Below, in pieces: positions 26,476 through 33,665 of a stretch of DNA of 64,000 bases. A program made the translations under genes and the position numbers. Positions within the stretch are counted from its first letter, which is position 1; each line of letters opens with the position of its first letter. The notes beneath the pieces are model-generated. The model was given only the letters and a program-made list of their open reading frames with translations. It did no database searches and was not told the DNA's origin. Source of the stretch: Gemmatimonadota bacterium (lineage in GTDB: Bacteria; Gemmatimonadota; Gemmatimonadetes; Gemmatimonadales; GWC2-71-9); assembly GCA_003222085.1 (NCBI GenBank), contig QHUK01000010.1, positions 3,688 to 67,687 on the forward strand, given 5' to 3'.

Positions 26476-27672
26476 TTACCGAAGCAGCGACACCCCTCGC
26501 GCCGCGGCGATCCGCTCGACCGTCTCCCCAATCTTGTTGTTCGGGGTCGACGCGCCCGCGGTCACTCCCACGGTCAGGGGCCCCGCAGGGAGCCACCCGC
26601 TCACGCGCCGCTCCTGCGTGGCCCCCGGAGGGCGGAACCGGATCGTCCCGGCCTCCGGGTCGATGCAGCTCGCATCCTCGATGTGATAGGTCGGCGCCTT
26701 GTCGTGGCAAATGGCGGCGAGGTGCGTCGTGTTGCTCGAGTTGTATCCCCCGATCACGACCATGAGGTCGAGCGGCTCGGCGATGAGCTTCAGCACTGCA
26801 TCCTGACGGTCCTGCGTGGCCGAGCAGATCGTGTCGAACGTGCGGAAGTGCTCGGGCAGCGCGGCCTCACCGTACCGCTGCGCCATGCTCCGCCGGATCT
26901 CGGCCGCGATGGCGAGCGATTCCCCGGAGAGCATCGTGGTCTGATTGGCGACGCCCACGCGGACGAGGTCGCGATCGGGATCGAACCCGGGCGACAACTT
27001 GTCCGCAAAGAGCTCAAGGAACCGCTCCCCGCTCCCCGCTCCCTCGATGTAGGCGCAGACTTCACGCGCTTCCGCCATGTCGCGCACGACGAGGTACTTC
27101 CCGCCCGGGTATTTGGTGACTTGGCTCGAGGTGGCCTTTGTCTCCTCGTGGTAGTACTTGCCGTGGACGACGGCGGTGAACCCGTCCTTCGCGTAGGAGT
27201 CGACGCGCTTCCAGACGTTGAGCACCGATCCGCACGTCGTGTCCACGAGGACGCATCCGACCGCGCGCAGCCGCTCGAAGTCCTTCACGGTGACCCCGAA
27301 GGCCGGAAGAATGACGACGTCCGCGGGGGTGATCCCGCGGAAGTCGAACTCACCTTCGTCCGGCCGGTGCAGGAACTCGACCCCCATGCTCTGCAGCTTC
27401 TTGTTGACGTGCGGATTGTGGATGATTTCGCCGACCAGGAACACCCGCCGCTCGGGGAACTTGGTGCGGGTTTCGTAGGCGTATTCGACGGCGCGGTCCA
27501 CTCCGTAGCAGAACCCGAACTCGCGGGCGAGTTTGAACGTGAGGTCGCCCATCGTGAGGACGTAACCCTGGGCGCGAATGCGATCCACCACGCGGCTGTG
27601 ATAGTCCGCCGTGAGCGCACCCTCGATGTCGCTCTTGAGGCCGAAGCCGCGTCGAAAGTAGGTCTGCTCCAC
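26476..27672 (-). CDS. ispH: 4-hydroxy-3-methylbut-2-enyl diphosphate reductase (long form)
   Basis: It has '[13 protein letters not shown]', 'HNPHVN', '[14 protein letters not shown]' and '[12 protein letters not shown]'. Confidence 0.9.
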   Translation of the reverse strand: MEQTYFRRGFGLKSDIEGALTADYHSRVVDRIRAQGYVLTMGDLTFKLAREFGFCYGVDRAVEYAYETRTKFPERRVFLVGEIIHNPHVNKKLQSMGVEFLHRPDEGEFDFRGITPADVVILPAFGVTVKDFERLRAVGCVLVDTTCGSVLNVWKRVDSYAKDGFTAVVHGKYYHEETKATSSQVTKYPGGKYLVVRDMAEAREVCAYIEGAGSGERFLELFADKLSPGFDPDRDLVRVGVANQTTMLSGESLAIAAEIRRSMAQRYGEAALPEHFRTFDTICSATQDRQDAVLKLIAEPLDLMVVIGGYNSSNTTHLAAICHDKAPTYHIEDASCIDPEAGTIRFRPPGATQERRVSGWLPAGPLTVGVTAGASTPNNKIGETVERIAAARGVSLLR

Positions 27673-27676
27673 GAGG

Positions 27677-28738
27677 TCAATCTAACCGCGCGCCCCGCCC
27701 GTCGCGCACGGCGTCCATGACGCGCTGCACCGCGAGGCCGTCGTAGAACGTGGCGGGCTCCCCCGCGGCGCGCCGACCGTCGAGCAGGGCCACCAGATCC
27801 CGCATCAACCGCACGAACGAGCGGGCCCACATGTTGTTGGGAACCGTCTGCTCCCACAGATCATCGGGGACGCTGGCGTCCTCGAGCGGCCCGCCCGAAC
27901 GGCCCACCTCGAGCGTCGTCTCGCCCGTCAGCACGAGCGTGCCGTCGCGGCCCGTGACTTGGGCAAAATGCCCGGGCCCGTGCGCCCCCACCGTCGTCAG
28001 CGTGATCGTGGCGACCGCGCCGCTCGCGAGCCGCATCACGAAGCTCGCGTATTCGTCGGCGGTCACCGCATGCCGCACCCGCCGCTCGTCGGAGCGCTCG
28101 GACACGAACGTGGCCGTCCGGCCGCTCACTTCGACGACCTCACTCCCGGTCCAGAACCGGCACAGGTCGATGAGGTGCGACCCGACCGCGCCCAAGATGC
28201 CGCCCCCTCTCGCAGCATCGTACCACCAGCTCCAGGGAGCATCGAACGCCTGCGGCCGCCCGTCACCGCGCACATAGGGCCTGAGCACGAGCTCGAGATG
28301 GAGAACCGGGCCGATGGTGCCCACCTGGATCAGCTGCCGCACCTTGCGCCGATTGGGCTCGTAACGCAGCTCGTGGTCGATGCGGGCCAGCCCGCGGCTC
28401 CGCTCCGCGACCTCGAGCATCTGCTCCGCCTCCCGGACCGTGAGCGCCATCGGCTTCTCGCACAGCACGTGCTTCCCCGCCTCCAGCGCCGCGATCGTGT
28501 GGCGCGCGTGGGCATCGGGCGTCGAGGATACGATGACGAGGTCGACCTCGGGAGCGCGGGCGAGCGCTTCACCGCCCTCGAATGCGTTGGGAACACCGAA
28601 CTCCGCCGCGACGGCGCGGGCGCGCTCCACGCTCCCGCTCGCGATCGCCGTCACCGCGACACCCGGCACGAGGCGCAGTGCCGGGATCTGCACCCGACGC
28701 GCGAACCCCGTGCCGATCAGCCCGACCCGGAGCGTCAC
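27677..28738 (-). CDS. Gfo/Idh/MocA family oxidoreductase
   Basis: It has the N-terminal Rossmann segment 'LRVGLIGTGFARRVQIPAL' and 'HVLCEKPMAL'. Confidence 0.85.
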   Translation of the reverse strand: MTLRVGLIGTGFARRVQIPALRLVPGVAVTAIASGSVERARAVAAEFGVPNAFEGGEALARAPEVDLVIVSSTPDAHARHTIAALEAGKHVLCEKPMALTVREAEQMLEVAERSRGLARIDHELRYEPNRRKVRQLIQVGTIGPVLHLELVLRPYVRGDGRPQAFDAPWSWWYDAARGGGILGAVGSHLIDLCRFWTGSEVVEVSGRTATFVSERSDERRVRHAVTADEYASFVMRLASGAVATITLTTVGAHGPGHFAQVTGRDGTLVLTGETTLEVGRSGGPLEDASVPDDLWEQTVPNNMWARSFVRLMRDLVALLDGRRAAGEPATFYDGLAVQRVMDAVRDGRGARLD

Positions 28739-29250
28739 GGTCTTGCCCAGCAGGAAACGCTGTCCGTCTCGAGCGGCACCGCGTCGAACGACGCTTCGAG
28801 CGCCACGCGCCCCGCGGCCATCGTCTCATGCCCGGTGCCACGCGCGACGACGGTAAAGACGTGGGCGGTCTCCCGCACCTCGACCGCGCCGCTGTCGAGC
28901 GGCAGGCCGTGCGCCACGGCGTTCAGCATGTAGCGCACGCCGACCGTCCCGCCGCGCGGCGACAGGGTATCGCCCCGCTGCAACAGCGGCCACGGGCCGC
29001 CCGCCAGCGAGTCGGTCTCGCCCCCACGCAGCCAGATGAACACACCGTTGCCGTCGCTCGACCCCTGGAGCACCAGCCCGCTCCGAGGACCGCCGCTGCA
29101 GTGGTGCGCGCGAGCCGGAGCTTCGAATCGGATCGTGTCCTTGGGCGGGCGGGCCACGAGAGCGCGGACCCGCCCCGCCTGCTCGGGCGCGCTGCCGCAC
29201 GCCCCGCCCAGCAGGGCGAGTGGGAGGGCGACGATCTGGGCCGATCTCAG
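28735..29250 (-). CDS. Hypothetical lipoprotein (probable CTG start)
   Basis: The in-frame peptide '(L/M)RSAQIVALPLALLGGACGS' is a textbook lipoprotein signal with a lipobox. No ATG, GTG or TTG is available nearby. The CTG at 29250 overlaps the thioesterase stop (CTGA). The 3' end overlaps the next gene's start by 4 nt. Confidence 0.45.
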   Translation of the reverse strand: MRSAQIVALPLALLGGACGSAPEQAGRVRALVARPPKDTIRFEAPARAHHCSGGPRSGLVLQGSSDGNGVFIWLRGGETDSLAGGPWPLLQRGDTLSPRGGTVGVRYMLNAVAHGLPLDSGAVEVRETAHVFTVVARGTGHETMAAGRVALEASFDAVPLETDSVSCWARP

Positions 29251-29729
29251 GGGGACGCTCGCGCGCTCGGCGGGGTCGTGATGCCCAGTGTCGCGCGCGC
29301 GGCGGCGGGCACCAGGGTGTGCGGAGCGAGCGCCGCGACCAGCCGCGGAGGCAGGGGGTGTGGCTTCAGCCTTTTCCGGTCCACGCAGACCAGCACCATC
29401 CACCCCGCCGCCCCGAGCTGCGGCGGGTCGTCGCGCAGCACGTCGAAGTTGAGGGTCATCGACTTGGTGCCGACGCGGCCGACATACGTCGCCACGCGCA
29501 GCCGGTCGTCCAGCCGCGCGGGGAGGTAAAACTCGCTGTGCACCGCCTTGCGCGGCAGAAAGATGTCGTAGCGGTCGAACACCTGGGCATAGGCGAGGCC
29601 GCAGGCACGAAACAGCTCCGTTTCCGCGATCTCGAAAAAACGGATGTAGGACCCGTAGAAAATGATGCCGGCGAAGTCCACGTCGGACCACCGGACATAC
29701 TCTTCGATGATGTACGGCGTGGCGGGCAT
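29247..29729 (-). CDS. Acyl-CoA thioesterase, 4HBT/YbgC-like
   Basis: 'VRWSDVDFAGIIFYGSYIRFFEIAETELFRACGL' fits the hotdog fold. The start MPATPY is at 29729. Confidence 0.8.
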   Translation of the reverse strand: MPATPYIIEEYVRWSDVDFAGIIFYGSYIRFFEIAETELFRACGLAYAQVFDRYDIFLPRKAVHSEFYLPARLDDRLRVATYVGRVGTKSMTLNFDVLRDDPPQLGAAGWMVLVCVDRKRLKPHPLPPRLVAALAPHTLVPAAARATLGITTPPSARASP

Positions 29730-29800
29730 CGCTTCCCGAACGATGAAGCTCGAGCGGGAAGCTAGAGGGGGGCAAACGCCCACGCCAGGACGGCGCGGGG

Positions 29801-30274
29801 TTAGACGCGTGTGGCCGGTCCCTGGCCTCCCCGCCCGTTGGCCGGCAGCCCATAGGCTCGCAACCGGCGCCACAGCGTGGTACGGCTGATGCCGAGCCGT
29901 CGTGCGGTCTCCGCCAGTTTGCCGTGCGTCGCCTCGAGCGTGTCGAGGATGGCCTGGCGCTCGCGCTCGGCCAGCGTCGGACTGTCGCCGCCGTCCGGCA
30001 GGAACACTACTTCACCGAGCTCGAGCGAGCCCTGTTTCAGGGTTCGGGCTCGGCCGCCGAACGCCATGAGCCGGTCGCGCAGGTTCTCGCCCCGATGCGG
30101 CGTGCCGTCCGCGAGGGCGTCGAGCGTGTGCCGGGCCCGCTGGTTCGCATACAGCATCCGGCCGTAGGGGTCGAACACGACCACACCCTCGCTGAACGTT
30201 TCCATCACCGCCTGCCCGAGGGGGGCGAAGCCGGGTGGAGTGGGGAGACTGGGGTTCTTTTCTCTCGCAGCCAT
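29801..30274 (-). CDS. Small PAS-like sensor fused to a Fis-type HTH (HTH_8) regulator, with no AAA+ domain
   Basis: The C-terminal 'ILDTLEATHGKLAETARRLGISRTTLWRRLRAYGL' is a Fis-type HTH. The N-terminal 'FSEGVVVFDPYGRMLYANQRARHTL' is PAS-like. The start MAAREKN is chosen. Confidence 0.65.
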   Translation of the reverse strand: MAAREKNPSLPTPPGFAPLGQAVMETFSEGVVVFDPYGRMLYANQRARHTLDALADGTPHRGENLRDRLMAFGGRARTLKQGSLELGEVVFLPDGGDSPTLAERERQAILDTLEATHGKLAETARRLGISRTTLWRRLRAYGLPANGRGGQGPATRV

Positions 30275-30373
30275 AGTCCTTGGATAGCCGAGTTGCTGGG
30301 TCAAAGTTCCAGAGAGCACCGCCATAAGCAAGACCCGCAGAGCGTCCAGAAGTCACAGCGCCCGGGCGGAGTC

Positions 30374-32929
30374 TTAGCGACGCCGACCCCGCCTGCCGCC
30401 CCGCGCCAGGCGCTGCCGTTCTCCCCGGGAGAGGCCGCTCAACTGGCGACGCAGGTCCTCCAGCGAGTCCGACCGCACCGCCTCCCGCTTGCCCCGCAGG
30501 ACCGTGAAGCGGACCGGCCGGTCGAACGGGGGCACATCCCGCGGTTGCAGGCGCCGCGCCTGGCCTTCCTTGAGGCGCAGCCGCACCACGCCGATCCCCT
30601 GCTCCACCTCGTAATCGACCGGCACACGGTCTCCGTAGAGGTGGGCAGATGCCGGGAGCGCTTCCAGCGCGTGCCGCTCAGCTTCGGGGACCACTTCGTT
30701 TACGTCGAGCACCAGCCGAGCGTTGATGAACTCATCCCACGAGCCGACCCGTGAGAGCTGGGCGCCGAGCCTGGCGCTCAAGTGCTCGGTCGCCGCTTGC
30801 GTGAGCCGCCCGCCCGAGCGCCGCCAGTAGAAGCCGAGGCGCTCGAGGGCGCGCCGCACGCGTGCCTGATCCGGGTGTGGCGAGTGCCCGGCGAGCAGCG
30901 CCTCGACCAGTGCCGCCCGCGCCGCGTCGGCGAGGTCCGGTGGGAACGGGCTCGGGAGCGGCTCGACGTCGCGCTCGAGCAGGAATCCGAAATAGGTGAC
31001 CGTCCGGACCCGCATCAAGCCCTCGTGACGGCGTTGCCGCTCGAACACCACGGTGGGCGCGCCGCGCCGTGCGTAGCGGCGAATCGCGCGCTCGCTCAAC
31101 TCGGTACCCTCTACGCTGGCGCGCGGCACGCCGAAGCGGTCGGCGAAGTAGCGCAGCGTGCCGGCGACGGCGCCCCAGCTCGAGCACACCGACCCGCGGC
31201 TCACGCGGGCCTCGCGGCCGTCCGCCGTCTCCTCGTCGATCACCAGGTCGAACGGCTGGATCTTGGCCACGAGATCCGCGAACGCCGCCAGGGTCTTCTC
31301 GCCCGCGTGGGGCAGCCGCCCGGGCAGTGGCAATTCGAGCTGGCGGTACACGGACGCCATCCCCAGAGCCACATCCTCGATCGCCTTGACGAGCACGCCG
31401 CGGTCTTCGGCCCAGCGATCGATGCTCTCGCGGAACAGGTGGCGGGGCAGCCCGTACACCTCCCCCAGATCACCGTGCTGGTTGACCGCTTCGGCGTAGA
31501 CATTGTACGCCGTGAGATGATCGCTTCCGGAGACGATCAGGCCCCGCAGGTCTCGCTCCTCGCGGGTCATGCGGTGCAGCGACTCGACACTCGCCGCGAC
31601 GGCCACCATCGGAACGAGCTCGGGATCGACGTGATAGAGCAGCTCGCCCCAGGGTCGCTCGACCGGCATCGCTTCCACCTCGCGGCCGTAGCGGGTCAGC
31701 CGCCCGCGCTCGATCAACCCGCGCTCGGTGAGCAGCGCCACGGCATCGCGGTACGCCTTACGGTCCAGCGGCACAGGCAGATCGAGCTCGCGCGCGTCCA
31801 CGCCCAGCGCCGCGCAGGTGATTGCCACCCGCTCCGCGTCTCCGGCGAGCTGGAACTCCGGCGCCGTCGGCTCGAGCTGCTCGAATACGAGCTCCCGGTC
31901 GCTCAGGATGTAGACCTCGCCGCTCTCCACGCGGCCGTGCACGCGGCCGGCCATCTGGAGGATTTCGTTTGCGCCGAGGTACGCCCTCGTCAGCACGTTG
32001 CGACCCCGCTCAACGACATTGGCGTAGCGCGCGTCGTAGATCACCACGGTGTCCAGTCCGCGGATGTTGAGGGCGGACTGACCCGCCGCGGTCATCGCCA
32101 GCAGGAACGGGCGGCGCACCTGACCGTCGAGGAACGGTCGAATGACCCGGATCGGCTCGCCCCCGTGGTAGAACGCGGTCGGCAGTCCCTGCCAGCGGTC
32201 GCCGAGTTCTTTGGCGATCTGCTCCACTTCGGCGCGGGTGGGCACGAACACCGCCACGCCGCGCCGCTCCCGCAGGACGCGCTTCACGAAGCGATCGTTC
32301 AGGAACTCGAGCGGCTGCTGGGGCAGGACGCGCACATCGGCCGCCCGCGCGGGATCGAACGCCCGGGTCTCGAGGACCTCGACCGACCTCAGGTAGCGGG
32401 CGTAGAAGGCGGGATCCACGGTGGCGGAGAGCCAGATGAAGCGGCAGCCCGCCCGCTTGCCGAGCGCCAGGCACAGCTCGAGTTCCGCCGACGTCTGGTG
32501 GATCTCGTCCACCACCAGCGTGTCCCGCGCCGTGATGAGGCCGTCCTCGAACCAGCGGCGCGCGATCCCGGTCGTCACGATCACGACGTTCCACGTCGGC
32601 GTTTCGGGCGTGGCTTCGCGCTCACGGTTCACGACGCCGACCTTGAGCGGCGCCTGCAGAATGGTCGTCGCGATCGACCGGATGGCGAGCGTCTTGCCGG
32701 TACCCGTCCCCGCAACGATGCCGAATCCCGGCCCCGACGCCGCCAGGCGGCGGATGTCGTCCCCGTGCTCCCGCGCGAGCAGGGTGTCGATGTCGAGGCT
32801 CATCGCCAGCTCGATCGTTTCGCAAGCCGCGCGCGTCGGGGCGATCACCACGACCCGGCCGGTGGCGGGCTCCGCGGCGCGGAAGGCGTTGGGATCGGGG
32901 GGAAGGAAGTGGTCTCGGGAGACTCGCAC
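30374..32929 (-). CDS. DEAH-box ATP-dependent helicase, HrpA/HrpB-like
   Basis: Motif I is 'IVAGTGTGKT', motif II is 'LVVDEIHQTS', and 'IWLSAT' is present. It has a long C-terminal region and an Arg-rich tail. The start is GTG. Confidence 0.75.
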   Translation of the reverse strand: MRVSRDHFLPPDPNAFRAAEPATGRVVVIAPTRAACETIELAMSLDIDTLLAREHGDDIRRLAASGPGFGIVAGTGTGKTLAIRSIATTILQAPLKVGVVNREREATPETPTWNVVIVTTGIARRWFEDGLITARDTLVVDEIHQTSAELELCLALGKRAGCRFIWLSATVDPAFYARYLRSVEVLETRAFDPARAADVRVLPQQPLEFLNDRFVKRVLRERRGVAVFVPTRAEVEQIAKELGDRWQGLPTAFYHGGEPIRVIRPFLDGQVRRPFLLAMTAAGQSALNIRGLDTVVIYDARYANVVERGRNVLTRAYLGANEILQMAGRVHGRVESGEVYILSDRELVFEQLEPTAPEFQLAGDAERVAITCAALGVDARELDLPVPLDRKAYRDAVALLTERGLIERGRLTRYGREVEAMPVERPWGELLYHVDPELVPMVAVAASVESLHRMTREERDLRGLIVSGSDHLTAYNVYAEAVNQHGDLGEVYGLPRHLFRESIDRWAEDRGVLVKAIEDVALGMASVYRQLELPLPGRLPHAGEKTLAAFADLVAKIQPFDLVIDEETADGREARVSRGSVCSSWGAVAGTLRYFADRFGVPRASVEGTELSERAIRRYARRGAPTVVFERQRRHEGLMRVRTVTYFGFLLERDVEPLPSPFPPDLADAARAALVEALLAGHSPHPDQARVRRALERLGFYWRRSGGRLTQAATEHLSARLGAQLSRVGSWDEFINARLVLDVNEVVPEAERHALEALPASAHLYGDRVPVDYEVEQGIGVVRLRLKEGQARRLQPRDVPPFDRPVRFTVLRGKREAVRSDSLEDLRRQLSGLSRGERQRLARGGRRGRRR

Positions 32930-32975
32930 GGTCGCAATATAGATTGGCGGAGCAGGGGAGAGAGGCTCTGCGCGC

Positions 32976-33015
32976 GACGAAAAGAAAACGGGAGGCGTGC
33001 GTGCGCGCCTCCCGT
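32976..33015 (-). terminator. Rho-independent terminator
   Basis: On the minus strand there is a 12-bp GC-rich stem (aaacgggaggcg / cgcctcccgttt) with a 6-nt loop, followed by TTTTCTTTTCG. It lies downstream of the selW-small ORF pair. Confidence 0.65.
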
Positions 33016-33037
33016 TTCGCGACCTTACCTGCCCACC

Positions 33038-33280
33038 TCAGTCATTGTCACCGTCGTAATCGTAGTCATAGGCGTGATGATGCCGACGATGCCGGGCCAC
33101 GTAACCGCGCCGCGCCACGAGCAGCGAGGGCCGGTACCGGTAGACGTGCGGCCTTCCAACGATCACGACGCCAGTCACGTACGTCCGCGGTACGCCGAAA
33201 CCAACCGCGACGCTGACGCGCGTCTGCCCCGCCATGGGCGCGGCACCGAGCGCGAATGCCAGTCCAACTGCCAAGAGCAC
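33038..33280 (-). CDS. Hypothetical small secreted protein with a His/Tyr/Asp-rich C-terminus
   Basis: The 80 aa protein has an N-terminal hydrophobic segment 'LLAVGLAFALGAAPMAGQ' and the tail 'HRRHHHAYDYDYDGDND'. It lies between selW and a strong terminator. The start is GTG and there is no homology call. Confidence 0.4.
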   Translation of the reverse strand: MLLAVGLAFALGAAPMAGQTRVSVAVGFGVPRTYVTGVVIVGRPHVYRYRPSLLVARRGYVARHRRHHHAYDYDYDGDND

Positions 33281-33358
33281 CCGTTCCGGGTGCGGAACCG
33301 GCGGGAGCGGGGAGTGTCACCTGCCCGGGTCACGACTGTCCTCCGCGCCGGCAACGGA

Positions 33359-33601
33359 TCAACGTGAGGGCGGCGGCGTCGGCTGCCGCATCAGCCCTAC
33401 GACTTCACCGGGCTCGGCGTGGCGTCCCTGGGCCTTCTTGGAGAAAATGCGGCGACCGTCGACCTCGACCTCGAAGACGCCGCCCGACGACTGGATCAGC
33501 TTCACGTCGGCGTGGGGGTAGGTCTTGCGAATTTCGGCCGCCAGACCGGCGGCGCGCGGCTCGTAGTTTCAGACGACGCAGTATTCGATCGTGACCCGCA
33601 T
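33359..33601 (-). CDS. selW: SelW/Rdx-family selenoprotein (in-frame UGA = Sec at codon 11)
   Basis: Manual translation gives MRVTIEYCVV[U]NYEPRAAGLAAEIRKTYPHADVKLIQSSGGVFEVEVDGRRIFSKKAQGRHAEPGEVVGLMRQPTPPPSR. The CxxU lies where the family has CxxC/CxxU. The 'GGVFEV..DG..IFSKK' core is present. The TGA is at 33569-33571, and a SECIS-like hairpin follows. Confidence 0.8.
33537..33553 (-). promoter_or_regulatory. Candidate bacterial SECIS hairpin
   Basis: On the minus-strand RNA, GCCGCC-GGUCU-GGCGGC forms a 6-bp stem with a 5-nt loop containing GU. It starts 15 nt after the in-frame UGA. Confidence 0.55.
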
Positions 33602-33665
33602 GCCGTAAACGATAGTCGCGCTTGACAGGTCATGCCAAGGGGCCGACTTTGCTCCCAGCTTCCCC

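Noticed and set aside
28735-29853. A 372-aa ORF suggesting a large protein overlapping the thioesterase gene.
   Set aside because: The N-terminal ~200 residues are an out-of-frame read-through of the thioesterase coding region. Only the C-terminal 171 codons, which begin with a lipoprotein signal, look genuine.
33290-33312. A GTTCCG-loop-CGGAAC hairpin between selW and the small secreted ORF, considered as a terminator or a further GGAAC-type repeat.
   Set aside because: The stem is only 6 bp, there is no U-tract and no heptamer periodicity. It is too weak to call.
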